A stretch of DNA of 64,000 nt from a bacterium (GCA_963693055.1 OY843751.1:4800001-4864000), one strand, 5' to 3'. Numbered from the stretch's first letter, positions 41,501 through 50,833 are shown. Program-made: numbers and translations. Notes: a model not told the origin generated them from the sequence alone.

Positions 41501-41569
41501 GTTATTCTGCCCCAAATTGCAGGGCAGAATAACAAAAATCTATTAACTAAAAAGAATAAGACGCAGTAA
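38543..41569 (+). CDS. Divergent GlnE-like protein with two nucleotidyltransferase modules
   Basis: GVGTRSDQDDIDIG and TGGQGQ..DDDYDLII acidic motifs, two GAR motifs, NIKETKGGIRDIEL, YDFLRR; start at 38543 inferred from GGAG. Confidence 0.6.
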   Translation: MDIYFERLKNRAGDLGNHYKKYIVTIDKYIDKMMGRLEMAGAFERVHLWGTAHDYAEEMNIIAELGKDEQEKLNDLGCYFAIQFLQMNINALDTLVLELTRNENKLQVYKTFMLRTGHDFRFLTAAYMDNLLKLYMPPDINPEFVFLGVGTRSDQDDIDIGVVDKGDKHRDILNKCIGKMNAEMFKKAISLHFHISEHVGNETSYSASIAEYSELLDNEIHDFVIITEMLGAARILGSRKLFFDFRQNITSRYYYYNSESKGLKFHEGYLRGIVGETRSFMFRELSKKMINPKADGLRMIKGLLYAAKTIYYLRQVNSWAILDELSHKDKRRSHLFSNLEWPLTFLEVFRYLYQLLIAQEEEIYLNDRGTKHNLDQIAELMGYKSIGAASATDFLLTDYYKNIMQAKSTVKSLVPFAVQHLESITIFGKVLRHKKVTEEGEKRIGNLAERFLKETLFFRGTRFWDDIITVLDSKNGRVLKRLANDINALPEDKKEKMLEKFNHWGWNSFISLFSLITLFYKYRYEIPDPTLYSQLNKIFFKRLIVAEEIAQRISTVFTHFPQLLHEYVSLLSEDQQRKLYLSLDYNVWDKEVEPARDRLRYLLKLYFSTGKYYKLRMKSVLAKHSAYLNYLDSFEQLSLIGKGTLAESERTKQTRQKFDHLKSYHEFEFFRVGMVALHETSSVGISVQYTDFSDNYLRLLFDTCKKEEDENRGYKIKTRDLLGVFVTGGQGQMQAFDDDYDLIILLNSDDKNIQNYCFHIIKRMHKEILKCGILPHYRLADLIGSYICTFSQLRSVLMDKTFDRFIDKAQLIGARMIIGSSILQKEFQDKLLTPFIYKDKENFSFELVNEIESRHNYEFENKPSEINIKETKGGIRDIELLLCLFRAIYQIHEPSNFKLFILLQSILPNYAHEFKKLFRSYDFLRRMRILYRLSVSAEDNIEQEHLAQVLENMSHQNKKLTPELLFKRIQSTTRSINRTNQNIIHKVILPQIAGQNNKNLLTKKNKTQ

Positions 41570-42329
41570 CAATCAAACCCTGAACGCGGATATTTTCATC
41601 ATAATCATCACCATTCGCATCTTCAAAGGTTTCAGTAAGCAAATCCGCACGATAGCCGGCATTAATACCAAAGCCCGATGGAAAACGATACCCTATACCC
41701 AGATTAATTGCTGCCAATGCCGCACTTATATCTTCATTTTCTTCGCTTTCTGAATAATTTTCACTGGTTAATGTGTATTCTGGCGTCAAAGATCCACCCA
41801 TACCCGCAAGAGAACCAAACAAGTACAGACCTTCTGAGCCCAAAGGAATAACTCCTGAAAGACCTAAACCATACAGCATACCGCTTTCATCGTACTCTAT
41901 AGAGGCTGAACTACCATAGAAATCATCATATGAATAATCCCAACCCAAATTCAGGTATTTTGCGCCAACAAAAATATTAATATATCGGTGAACCCTATAA
42001 CCGAGTGTAAAATTCATATCATTTCGGTTCATGTCTATAGATTCACCTTCGCCCAACTCTGCACCAAGCATTTCAAGGTCATCAATGGGAAAAGTTCCCC
42101 ATAACAGGGATGCGCCAAAATTAACCTTGCCATGATTAATGCTGATGTATGGACCAAAATTATTTCCATTACCAATATCAGCAATTTTTTCACCGTCTTC
42201 GTCTTCAAGACTATACGCTGCATTCCACCAGCTTCCGCCAAGAGTTACAATGGTGCTTTGTGCATAAATAGCACTCGAGAAAATAAAACATAGTACCAGA
42301 ATGAATAATGTCAGCATGTTGCGCTTCAT
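41547..42329 (-). CDS. Outer membrane beta-barrel protein
   Basis: Signal peptide, amphipathic strands, ends ASYSF. Confidence 0.75.
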   Translation of the reverse strand: MKRNMLTLFILVLCFIFSSAIYAQSTIVTLGGSWWNAAYSLEDEDGEKIADIGNGNNFGPYISINHGKVNFGASLLWGTFPIDDLEMLGAELGEGESIDMNRNDMNFTLGYRVHRYINIFVGAKYLNLGWDYSYDDFYGSSASIEYDESGMLYGLGLSGVIPLGSEGLYLFGSLAGMGGSLTPEYTLTSENYSESEENEDISAALAAINLGIGYRFPSGFGINAGYRADLLTETFEDANGDDYDENIRVQGLIVTASYSF

Positions 42330-42344
42330 GATGCCCTCCATCAA

Positions 42345-43202
42345 TTAAAATACAGGTGGCAAATCCACCGGTTTGTCTTTTTTTGATTCTTCTTTACGTT
42401 TAGGACGTGGTTTTTGTTGCTCCGGTTGTTCCTGAGGTTTTTCTTTTGGTGGTGCACTTATAACTGAAGTAGTTAAACGAACATTGTCACCCAGGTGTAT
42501 CATTGTTTTAACCCTAACAATCTGGGCTTCGCTATATTCTTTTTTTACATTAACAATTTTAACAAATCCGATCTTGTCTTCAGCACGCCCAACCGCAGAG
42601 CCACTCAGGTCGGTAATAACATCACCAATGCGTATTACCTCCAGCACCTGCCCCACTTTAATACCATGAATACTGCCAAGGTCAACCAAAATATTACTTT
42701 CAGTGACTTTGATAATTTTACCTTCAACAATCACTTTTTGAGAAATAACGCTAACCAACTCTTTTATTGCAGTAGGCAGACCATCTTCCCCATTGGTGGT
42801 TTTGGTATTTTCTGCAAGCTCTAGCGCACCTGTCTCTACATCAACCAAACGTGTATTGATAATATAGGTACTCCCCAGACGGCTCACACTGCCAATCATA
42901 ATTTTTTCTACATTCAAGAGTTTACCAATTTCGGCAGCTTTATCCATATCCGTTACACCCGTCATTTGAAGCTGCTGTTCTTCAAGCACACGTGTCATTG
43001 CCTGGCGCTCAATTACCTCAAATCGGTTGGTGTTGAACAACTCTGTTCCCATAATGTCAGCAACAGCTTCTGCTGTTTCCGGGTTTACATTTTTGGCTTC
43101 AAAATCCAACACTGCTATTCGTGTTTTATTTTGGGCCATAACCGGCAAGCTGATCAAAAAAATCAGTACAGTACACAGTAAATCTCGATGTAATTTTTTC
43201 AT
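42345..43202 (-). CDS. CsgG/HfaB-like (TolB-N fold) secreted protein with FlgT-C-like domain
   Basis: RIAVLDFE, RFEVIER, IGKLLNV, RLVDVETG, VDLGSIHGIKVG; Pro/Lys-rich tail. Confidence 0.8.
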   Translation of the reverse strand: MKKLHRDLLCTVLIFLISLPVMAQNKTRIAVLDFEAKNVNPETAEAVADIMGTELFNTNRFEVIERQAMTRVLEEQQLQMTGVTDMDKAAEIGKLLNVEKIMIGSVSRLGSTYIINTRLVDVETGALELAENTKTTNGEDGLPTAIKELVSVISQKVIVEGKIIKVTESNILVDLGSIHGIKVGQVLEVIRIGDVITDLSGSAVGRAEDKIGFVKIVNVKKEYSEAQIVRVKTMIHLGDNVRLTTSVISAPPKEKPQEQPEQQKPRPKRKEESKKDKPVDLPPVF

Positions 43203-43385
43203 TATACTCTCTTTTATTTACAAACAGATTTCTACCTGTGTGAAATATAAACAGACAACCCAATATAAACAAGAGATAATTGAATTGTTGTGACACAGAA
43301 CAAATTATATGATCTAAAAATTTTCAATCCACTCTAATAACAGTAGCCCCCTACCATTCATTCCCTTTTGGGCGCTAAATTACTA

Positions 43386-43976
43386 TTAATAATTCTCGTT
43401 TTCAACAAACTCTGCCAGCCTGTCTCGCAAAGCAAGACGCGCCCGATGCAAATTTGACTTGACGGCAGCAAGGCTCATTTCTGTCATTTCGGATATTTCT
43501 TTCAAGGAAAAGCCCTCAATATCTTTGAGGACAAACACACTGCGGAACTTGGGGGGGAGGTCTTCTATCGCCGCTTCCATCTCTTTTTTCAATTCATTAT
43601 TCATCACCGAACGTAAAGGATTTACTCCCAACGATTTGTTAAACACTTCAAGTGTTTCAGGTTTAATATGACTTTCGGAATCATCCAGATTATCCATCTG
43701 CTTTTTCTTTCCCCGCAGGCGCATCAGTGCAAAGTTTGTGGCTATCCGGTATATCCAGGTAGAAAGAGAGGATTGCCCTTTAAAATCAGGTATAGCTTGA
43801 AATACTTTTAAAAATGTTTCCTGTAGCACACATTCGGCTTCCTGCTCATTAGCGAGCAGCTTGAGTGCACTATTAAACACCAAGCCTTCATTCTCGGCTA
43901 CAATTTGCGAAAGAGCCTGCCGGTCTCCCTGCTTGGCTTTTTCTACAAGTATATTTTCTGATTCATAATTGGACAT
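43386..43976 (-). CDS. ECF RNA polymerase sigma factor
   Basis: QETFLKVF, FKGQSSLSTWIYRIATN, EGFSLKEI..VKSNLHRAR. Confidence 0.95.
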   Translation of the reverse strand: MSNYESENILVEKAKQGDRQALSQIVAENEGLVFNSALKLLANEQEAECVLQETFLKVFQAIPDFKGQSSLSTWIYRIATNFALMRLRGKKKQMDNLDDSESHIKPETLEVFNKSLGVNPLRSVMNNELKKEMEAAIEDLPPKFRSVFVLKDIEGFSLKEISEMTEMSLAAVKSNLHRARLALRDRLAEFVENENY

Positions 43977-44080
43977 CTTGACCTGTAATTTGATTAACTC
44001 AAGATGTCCAAATTAGGTAAATTTTTTCTTTAATTCAAGTATTTTTCAAAACTCATGTGGATATCAGCAGTTTTTTAGCC

Positions 44081-44506
44081 TCAATTATTCTCGCTTGGGA
44101 AAATTTCATATTCAACATCAATATCAACCGCTTTTTTCAACATCGCAGAAGCCGAACAATATGTACCCTCTGACAATTCTATAGCCCGTTTTACATCCGC
44201 TTCTTTGATATCGTTGCCCCAAAATTTAAAAGTCAATTTCACACTGGTAAACACCTTGGGATGTTCATCCGCGCGTTCAGCTTCAATATGGCATTCGTAT
44301 TTCTCTACATTATTTCGCTTTTTCTTTAAAATAGAGATAACATCCATTGACGTACAACCACCCAAACCCATTAAAAACAACTCAATAGGCTTTGTGCCGG
44401 CGTCAGAACCGCCCATCATTTTAGGGCCATCCATCATCACCCAATGCCCTGAATCGGCTTTACCCGTCAGTGTTAACCCTTCAACCTGTTTGATTTCTAT
44501 CTTCAT
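44081..44506 (-). CDS. OsmC/YhfA family protein
   Basis: PIELFLMGLGGCTSMDV, ELS..YCS; start approximate. Confidence 0.9.
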   Translation of the reverse strand: MKIEIKQVEGLTLTGKADSGHWVMMDGPKMMGGSDAGTKPIELFLMGLGGCTSMDVISILKKKRNNVEKYECHIEAERADEHPKVFTSVKLTFKFWGNDIKEADVKRAIELSEGTYCSASAMLKKAVDIDVEYEIFPSENN

Positions 44507-44527
44507 TATCAATTTCCATTATTTTTT

Positions 44528-45082
44528 TTACTTGCTCAACAAAGCCTTAATGTCAGTTTCAAATACACTCTTGTCGTTATAACCGATATATTTTTTAACA
44601 ACCTGACCTTTTTGATCAATTACATATGTTGTAGGTATGCTTCGAATTGGTCCCAAAACACTCATTATCTGGTCATTGGCCATTGCATTCTTGTAAGGAA
44701 TCTTGTATTCATCAATGAATTGCTGTACTGCTGCAGTGCCATTTCGTCCAAAAGCAACACCCAATATCTCCAAACCTTTACCATTATACTCGTTGTACAA
44801 TTCAATAAAATGAGGGATTTCTTTTCTACAAGGCGGACACCAGGTATCCCAAAAATCTACAATCAACACTTTGCCTTTAAAATCTGTCAACTGATAGGAT
44901 TCACCGGAAAGTGATGAAACGGTAAAATTACTAACGCCTGTTTTACTGCTTGTTTGTGCTGTATTCGTTGTGTTTGCTTTTGCCTGATCGGGATGGCTTT
45001 CATTCTTACTGCAAGATGAAAGACCAACCAAAAGCACAGCTGCCAACATAACTACCAGTATATTTCTCACTGTTTTTTTCAT
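44528..45082 (-). CDS. TlpA-family thiol:disulfide oxidoreductase lipoprotein
   Basis: Lipobox LSSC, DFWDTWCPPC, IPTTYVID. Confidence 0.92.
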   Translation of the reverse strand: MKKTVRNILVVMLAAVLLVGLSSCSKNESHPDQAKANTTNTAQTSSKTGVSNFTVSSLSGESYQLTDFKGKVLIVDFWDTWCPPCRKEIPHFIELYNEYNGKGLEILGVAFGRNGTAAVQQFIDEYKIPYKNAMANDQIMSVLGPIRSIPTTYVIDQKGQVVKKYIGYNDKSVFETDIKALLSK

Positions 45083-45086
45083 TTTC

Positions 45087-45314
45087 CTAATTCTCCAGTT
45101 TTTTGTTCATACCTGATTTATCAAAGGTCTGCAATATTATTTCATCTACATAATTCCTCAAACGATTTATAGTCTCGTTATCTCTGCATTCTACACCCAA
45201 TTCCATACACATACGATCTTTGAGCATCTCTGCAATGTTGCGATTTCTACAAGATTGAATTCGTTCCTGTATATTGCCGCAATACTTTTCTATTTCAATA
45301 TTTTTAAATTCCAT
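45087..45314 (-). CDS. Small hypothetical protein with four Cys
   Basis: 75 aa, SD GAGGAGG, 4 nt before the tlpA start. Confidence 0.75.
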   Translation of the reverse strand: MEFKNIEIEKYCGNIQERIQSCRNRNIAEMLKDRMCMELGVECRDNETINRLRNYVDEIILQTFDKSGMNKKLEN

Positions 45315-45338
45315 ATTTTTTACCTCCTCTACATTTCA

Positions 45339-45368
45339 TTAGATGAGGCAAAAAAATAAAAGATTCAA
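45339..45368 (-). promoter_or_regulatory. Putative ECF-sigma promoter
   Basis: TTGAATC-N16-CATCTAA, about 25 nt upstream of the ATG of a cluster that ends with an ECF sigma gene. Confidence 0.55.
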
Positions 45369-45461
45369 CAATGGATAGTTTATAATAACACTTTTCATGA
45401 AAAATCATAGCTTTTGTTTAAAAAAATCTGTAATTTAGCACAAACATGTAAAATTTATTAA

Positions 45462-46667
45462 ATGAAAGTTAATCCTATGGTGAAAAATTTTAATATAGCC
45501 ATGATTATTGCCGGCATATTTCTTTCAAGCATCCCGGCTTTTTCTCAAAACGAACTGATCAAAGATCAGAAAACCCATAAAGCATTGTTAAACTATCTTG
45601 AATCTATATGCCAATGGGCAATAGATTCTGACTTGAAAAGCGGTGAATTAAAAATCACAGCAAAGAGAAGAACTTCTGTATTTATTAACAGCAACCTTGC
45701 ACGCATTCTGGTAGCCGGATACGATCTGACCGGAAAACAGGAATATCTTGACGAAGCCATTCGCTGGTTTGACCTCCTTGTGGAATTACAACAACCTGCA
45801 ACAACCGCAGATGGTAAAAAAGCCGGTTGGTGGGGCGATTTTTCACCAGACGGAAATATATATTTTGGTGATGCAGGTACAAGCGCTACCGCATTGGCAG
45901 GCGTTATACGTTATGTAGAGGGTGAAAGACGTAATAAATACATGAATGCTCTTGAGCTTTATGCCAACTTTGTGCGGTTTGGTACGGATAAAGATCCGCA
46001 AGACAAGGGCCGCAACGGTTCAAACGGTTGGATCATTCAGGATGGTGAAGACAAGGGTGCCGTTGGATGTGGATATTATCGTAACGAACTTTCCGAATAC
46101 CCTTATACCATATCTACAAGTGTTACAGGCGCAGCCTTTTTCTCCTGTATGTACGAACTAACAGGCAATAGCGAATATCAGGAAATTGCAGAGAACGCGG
46201 TAAAATGGCTCTTAAAAAAGCGTACTCCCTTTGGTGAATTCCTTTACATTCTACACCAAAAACAACTCGACGAGTGGCCGCTTGATACAATGAGTTATGT
46301 AGCAGACGGTGTGGTTGGCGCTTATATGCGATCAAACAATCAGGAATTCAAAACCATGGTTGAAAAACAAATCGCCCGTAGCGTTCAATGGTTACTGGTT
46401 GGCCAAAACAAAGATGGCGTTTGGGGCGAACTGCGCAGCGAAGATCAGCAACGGAGTCAGGGCGTTCTGAATCTTATAGTCTGGTATTATCATGACGTAA
46501 CCAAATATAAAGAAGTAAAAAATATGGTCCAGGCAAATTGCAACTTTTTTCTCGATTCTGATAACTCGAAGGCTTTTGGAGTTAAAGAATTACCTATTAC
46601 CACAGGCTTTGTAGGGTTGGGAATTGCAGAAGTGCTTGAACCTGGCATAACATATCGATTGAAATAG
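45462..46667 (+). CDS. Secreted (alpha/alpha)-barrel protein, six-hairpin glycosidase-like
   Basis: Signal peptide; repeated helical hairpins YDLTGKQEYL, YELTGNSEY, WLL..QN.DG.WG. Confidence 0.6.
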   Translation: MKVNPMVKNFNIAMIIAGIFLSSIPAFSQNELIKDQKTHKALLNYLESICQWAIDSDLKSGELKITAKRRTSVFINSNLARILVAGYDLTGKQEYLDEAIRWFDLLVELQQPATTADGKKAGWWGDFSPDGNIYFGDAGTSATALAGVIRYVEGERRNKYMNALELYANFVRFGTDKDPQDKGRNGSNGWIIQDGEDKGAVGCGYYRNELSEYPYTISTSVTGAAFFSCMYELTGNSEYQEIAENAVKWLLKKRTPFGEFLYILHQKQLDEWPLDTMSYVADGVVGAYMRSNNQEFKTMVEKQIARSVQWLLVGQNKDGVWGELRSEDQQRSQGVLNLIVWYYHDVTKYKEVKNMVQANCNFFLDSDNSKAFGVKELPITTGFVGLGIAEVLEPGITYRLK

Positions 46668-46671
46668 TAAT

Positions 46672-47637
46672 ATGTATGAACGAATTATAACACATCAGGA
46701 TTTTGATGGCGTAGTGAGCGCAGCTTTGTGCTCATACGCTCTCAATGTCAACCAGCTTGTATTTACCCAGCCTCGAACAGTCTCTGACGCGCGAATAACC
46801 ATTACGGATTTAGATGTAGTATGTGATCTACCCTATCCGCTGGATTGTGGAATGTGGTTTGATCATCACGAAGGCAACCTTGAAGATTTGCAATACCGGA
46901 AAATTGATCCGGCCAATCTTGAAGGAAAATTTGAGATCAAAGACTCGTGCGCGCGGGTAGTTTTTGATTATTTTAATGATTTCCCTGACCATTTTACAGC
47001 CATGGTGGACGAAGCTGACATTATAGATGCTTTCAACTATAAGAACATTGATGACTGGCGACAAGAAACACCCGGCAAGATGATTGATGCTGCAATTAAA
47101 CTCATGGAAAACAGTCAGGAACAAAAACGCCAGTTTCTAAGAAGTCTTGTCAACCTGCTTAAAGAACGCCCTCTGGATAGGGTTGCAGAAACTCCGGGCA
47201 TCATTAAACGCTTCAAACAATTCCAAAACGAAGAGCAGGATATGCTCGAAATACTGGAAAAAAACATCAGTTTCCTTTCCAAAGATACAGATAAAAATCT
47301 CATCATCATCGACCTCACTCCCTATACAAAAAAACCTTTTCTCTATAAACACCTGGCCTACCTACTTGAACCAAAATCTCAGGCTGTCATTCAGATCAGT
47401 AATATTTATAGAAATCGGGTAAAAACCAATGACATCTCGCTTTCAATGTCGCTCACTGTAAACATGAACCAAACCGAACATTCAAAAGACATTGGAGAGA
47501 TTATGCGATTGTTAAATATTGGAAACGGCCACCCTGGTGCGGCGTCGGGCATGCTTTATTGCGATTCAAAGCAAGAGATGCTGAAAGAAAAAGAAGCGAT
47601 ACTTGAACAAATCTATAGCATGTTTATAGAACAATAG
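46672..47637 (+). CDS. DHH family phosphoesterase
   Basis: THQDFDG, CDLPY, WFDHH, GNGHPGAA. Confidence 0.85.
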   Translation: MYERIITHQDFDGVVSAALCSYALNVNQLVFTQPRTVSDARITITDLDVVCDLPYPLDCGMWFDHHEGNLEDLQYRKIDPANLEGKFEIKDSCARVVFDYFNDFPDHFTAMVDEADIIDAFNYKNIDDWRQETPGKMIDAAIKLMENSQEQKRQFLRSLVNLLKERPLDRVAETPGIIKRFKQFQNEEQDMLEILEKNISFLSKDTDKNLIIIDLTPYTKKPFLYKHLAYLLEPKSQAVIQISNIYRNRVKTNDISLSMSLTVNMNQTEHSKDIGEIMRLLNIGNGHPGAASGMLYCDSKQEMLKEKEAILEQIYSMFIEQ

Positions 47638-47641
47638 CCGG

Positions 47642-48025
47642 TTATTTTTTGTTCTTTCCGGCTTTTTTAACATGCTTTTCCATATTCTCCATCACCCTGA
47701 ATTGCACCATTCTCTTAATCAAATCATAAGGCATAGGTTCATCCAACGGAAATTTTACTGATCCCTTGGCATATTCGTAACCACTTAGCTCGGATTGGAA
47801 TTTTTCAATTCCGGAAGGTGTGGGATAAAAACCAATATGAGTTTTATAAGCAGCAAAGTGTACCAAATTGCCAAAAAAAGTAAATGTTGGTATCTGATAG
47901 CTTATAGTTTCCTGAGCATCTGGTGCAGCTTTACGAATCAACGCTCTGATTTCTAACAAAATCTCCTGAACATTTTCCGAAAAGCCATCAATATACTCAT
48001 CAATATTTACAGGTTTATCTTTCAT
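47642..48025 (-). CDS. DUF1801 / YdhG-like protein
   Basis: IDEYI, ETISYQIPTF, HFAAYKTHIGFYP, KGSVKFPL. Confidence 0.88.
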   Translation of the reverse strand: MKDKPVNIDEYIDGFSENVQEILLEIRALIRKAAPDAQETISYQIPTFTFFGNLVHFAAYKTHIGFYPTPSGIEKFQSELSGYEYAKGSVKFPLDEPMPYDLIKRMVQFRVMENMEKHVKKAGKNKK

Positions 48026-48103
48026 AATATTCTAATTTCAATTGTTCAACAATAGAGATTAACAAACAGGAAAGATATTTTATTCACAGGATCCCCTAAA
48101 AAC

Positions 48104-48131
48104 AAAAAAGCCTGATGTTTCCATCAGGCTT
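48104..48131 (-). terminator. Rho-independent terminator after tRNA-Asn
   Basis: aagcctgatg-gaaa-catcaggctttttt on the minus strand. Confidence 0.85.
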
Positions 48132-48137
48132 GTCCTG

Positions 48138-48210
48138 CTCCGGTGGTAGGACTCGAACCTACAACCTAGTGGTTAACAGCCACCCGCTCTGCCGGTTGAG
48201 CTACACCGGA
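48138..48210 (-). tRNA. tRNA-Asn (GTT), CCA not encoded
   Basis: TCCGGTGTAGCTCAACCGGCAGAGCGGGTGGCTGTTAACCACTAGGTTGTAGGTTCGAGTCCTACCACCGGAG folds as a cloverleaf. Confidence 0.97.
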
Positions 48211-48246
48211 TCAAGTCTATAAATATAAGAAAATATTTTTTTAATG

Positions 48247-49233
48247 TCAAGTTTTTTTGATTGATATCATATCGTTTTTAATTTTTTTTTGTTCTCCAAA
48301 ATACAAAAACCGGTCCAACAACTTTACAAATGTGCTCCAGCGGCTATCATGCTTTTTTTCTTTGGCATAAATTCGCTCAAAGGCATTCATTTTAGAATCA
48401 AGCTCATCAGCAGAATAAAGTAAAAAAGCCTCTCTGCTCATAGGCACAATAGGCGAGCCTTGTTCTAGCTTTCCCTGGTGCGAAAGCACAAGGTGCAATA
48501 ATTCATTGCGTGTGCTCTCATTCAAGTCCGTTATAGCATCCATTCGGGATGCTATCATTTGGTAACCAATGGCAATATGCCCCAATAAACGCCCCTGATC
48601 AGTATAATCTATAACAGGTCCCGGTGTCAATTCATAAACTTTGCCAATATCATGCAGCAAAGCACCCGCGAGTAATATTTCTTTATTGATATTCTTATAC
48701 AAAGTGCTTGTTTGTTCTACAATGCGTGCAACATTCAATGAATGTTCCAGCAAACCTCCTTCATAACAATGGTGCCAAAGCTTGCCACCGCTTGCCCGTA
48801 TAATCCTGGGTAAAAGTTTGTCATCTCTATAAATGCTATTCAATAACTGAACGAGCTGCGGATCTTGAAATTTATCAATATAATCATACACCTGATCCAA
48901 TAGCTGTTGCGTTGTTATTTGGGATTTTGGAATAAAATCATTCAATTTTACAGAGTCGCGCTCTGTAACCAAACGGATTTTATTTATGGATAAATGCGGC
49001 CTGTTTTTCCAGTTGATAACTTTGGCTTTAACTTTAACAAGGTCCCCCTCATTCAAAAGCTCTGTGGTCTTTTCTATATTATCCCACAAGGTACCAAAGA
49101 TTCGTCCGGAAGAATCGCCCAACTCTAGAGATAAATAGGGCTCATTTTTCTTTTCGCTGGTGCGTAATTTGATTTTACGTAATACAAAATAGCTGTCAAT
49201 ACGCTGACCTGGTAAAATATCGCTAACCACCAA
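48247..49233 (-). CDS. yhaM: 3'-5' exoribonuclease YhaM family (OB-fold + HD)
   Basis: N-terminal OB fold, HH..GGLLEH, LHDIGK, GHI, SHQG. Confidence 0.85.
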   Translation of the reverse strand: MVVSDILPGQRIDSYFVLRKIKLRTSEKKNEPYLSLELGDSSGRIFGTLWDNIEKTTELLNEGDLVKVKAKVINWKNRPHLSINKIRLVTERDSVKLNDFIPKSQITTQQLLDQVYDYIDKFQDPQLVQLLNSIYRDDKLLPRIIRASGGKLWHHCYEGGLLEHSLNVARIVEQTSTLYKNINKEILLAGALLHDIGKVYELTPGPVIDYTDQGRLLGHIAIGYQMIASRMDAITDLNESTRNELLHLVLSHQGKLEQGSPIVPMSREAFLLYSADELDSKMNAFERIYAKEKKHDSRWSTFVKLLDRFLYFGEQKKIKNDMISIKKT

Positions 49234-49267
49234 CTCCCTCCTGTTGGATTATGGTTTAGAACATTGG

Positions 49268-49942
49268 TTATCTGCGTCTTTCACTACCTCTGCTGCCACC
49301 TGAGTTGGATTCCCGGCGGGAGCTTGTAGAGCTGCTGTTATTATTATCCGAACCAACTGACGAACTCGAGTTGTCTGAGCTGGAACTGTCTGATCCACCT
49401 CTTGAGCTACGAGCTGCAGGTGTATAACTTTGACTACCGCCGCGCTGAGAATCTCTGCGATCGTCAGACGCGCTACTGCTACTGCTGCCAGCACTCGGAA
49501 TTGCCACTTTACCACCTCCTACATTCGTAGGAATAAACACAGGGCCGGTTGTAGCAGCAGGCACATGTACCGGAGCAAGTCCGGACGCACCTGAAACACC
49601 GGATGGCACAGCAGGACCGGTAATCATTGACGGATCATCATAATCAATATACTGTGTGCGTATTGGGGGCAGATCATATGAATCTTCCCACCAGGCAGTT
49701 TGATAGAAAAATTCCCAGGCTTTTTTGCCCTTAACTCCATCTGGCAAAATGGTTGTAGTACCGCTAAATGCTTCCTGATGGCACTCGATACACCCGTTTT
49801 GCAAATGAACGTCACCCAACTCGAGCGGTTCACCATCGGAACCGTTTTGGGGGTGTCTGAATTCTGTATAAGTATAGCAGCCATTCAACAGGAACAGCAT
49901 GCCGCCTAACAAAATGATAGATTTTTTACTTGATCGTACCAT
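49268..49942 (-). CDS. Hypothetical lipoprotein with one CXXCH and a Ser/Gly/Arg-rich tail
   Basis: Lipobox LNGC-YT, CIECH, low-complexity C-terminus; start moved to ATG 49942. Confidence 0.7.
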   Translation of the reverse strand: MVRSSKKSIILLGGMLFLLNGCYTYTEFRHPQNGSDGEPLELGDVHLQNGCIECHQEAFSGTTTILPDGVKGKKAWEFFYQTAWWEDSYDLPPIRTQYIDYDDPSMITGPAVPSGVSGASGLAPVHVPAATTGPVFIPTNVGGGKVAIPSAGSSSSSASDDRRDSQRGGSQSYTPAARSSRGGSDSSSSDNSSSSVGSDNNNSSSTSSRRESNSGGSRGSERRR

Positions 49943-50780
49943 AGTATACAAATTTAAGAATACGTTTCGGTTCAACATTGGTCTCATTGTCCTTTACAAG
50001 CAAGTTCTTAAAATCAAATTCAATAAACATATAATCGGTAAATGCCCATCTAACACCAGCATTAAAATACCCGGTATTGTTATTGGCACCTCTAACTTCA
50101 TCATCATTTGTCGCAAAGTCATATTCAAAGAGCAGTGCAATATCTCGGCTTATTAAAGCATCGATAGCAAGAAACAAATTGGGGTCTTTATCTCCATCAC
50201 CATCTTCCAGGCTGTAATTAATACCACCGTGCATTCCAAACTTGATCAAAGAATTATAACCTTTTGATGCCACTGCAAAAACACCACGTGACTTGTTTGC
50301 GTATCGATCAGAGATCAAAGCAGGATCGCCCTCTTCAGGAAAGGTCTGACTGGGAACGCCTTTCCAAAAAGGGCCATAGCCTTGAGAATCAAAACCCAAT
50401 ACCAATGCCGGCATTGCTAGGGTTTCTTCCATCAGACGATACATAAAATGTATGCCAGGATTGTCATTCCACTTGACAATCTGATCTCCAATAATGTTTA
50501 CACCGCCAAAAGATACACCAAACATCATTCGGTTCGAAATACCTACAGATAACCTGCCAATTGCGCCACCCTGCTCAAACAGACGAATGCTGGTTTTAAT
50601 ATCACCTCCACGTAAAATACTTGCAGTGGGCATATCAATCATTTGCACGGGTTTGGATAAATATGAATCAGGATTAATTCCCGGCAATCTCTGGTTTGAC
50701 AACAAAGAGCGGTCATCAAACTGACCAAATGCTGCTGAAGTCAGAAATGCCAGTAAAACATATATTATCCCTTTTTTCAT
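49926..50780 (-). CDS. YjbH-like outer membrane protein
   Basis: Signal peptide, IDMPTA motif, amphipathic beta strands. Confidence 0.65.
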   Translation of the reverse strand: MKKGIIYVLLAFLTSAAFGQFDDRSLLSNQRLPGINPDSYLSKPVQMIDMPTASILRGGDIKTSIRLFEQGGAIGRLSVGISNRMMFGVSFGGVNIIGDQIVKWNDNPGIHFMYRLMEETLAMPALVLGFDSQGYGPFWKGVPSQTFPEEGDPALISDRYANKSRGVFAVASKGYNSLIKFGMHGGINYSLEDGDGDKDPNLFLAIDALISRDIALLFEYDFATNDDEVRGANNNTGYFNAGVRWAFTDYMFIEFDFKNLLVKDNETNVEPKRILKFVYYGTIK

Positions 50781-50833
50781 CTTTTCGCGTTTCCTTTGTT
50801 TGATTTAGAAACAAGCTCTAACAACTGTAAATA

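Noticed and set aside
48100-49233. Genomic island or prophage integrated at tRNA-Asn
   Set aside because: No integrase, no duplicated tRNA 3' end noticed, a terminator follows directly, and the flanking genes are ordinary.
48247-49233. HD nuclease as a Cas3-HD or defence gene
   Set aside because: The OB-fold + HD architecture fits YhaM and there are no cas or defence neighbours.
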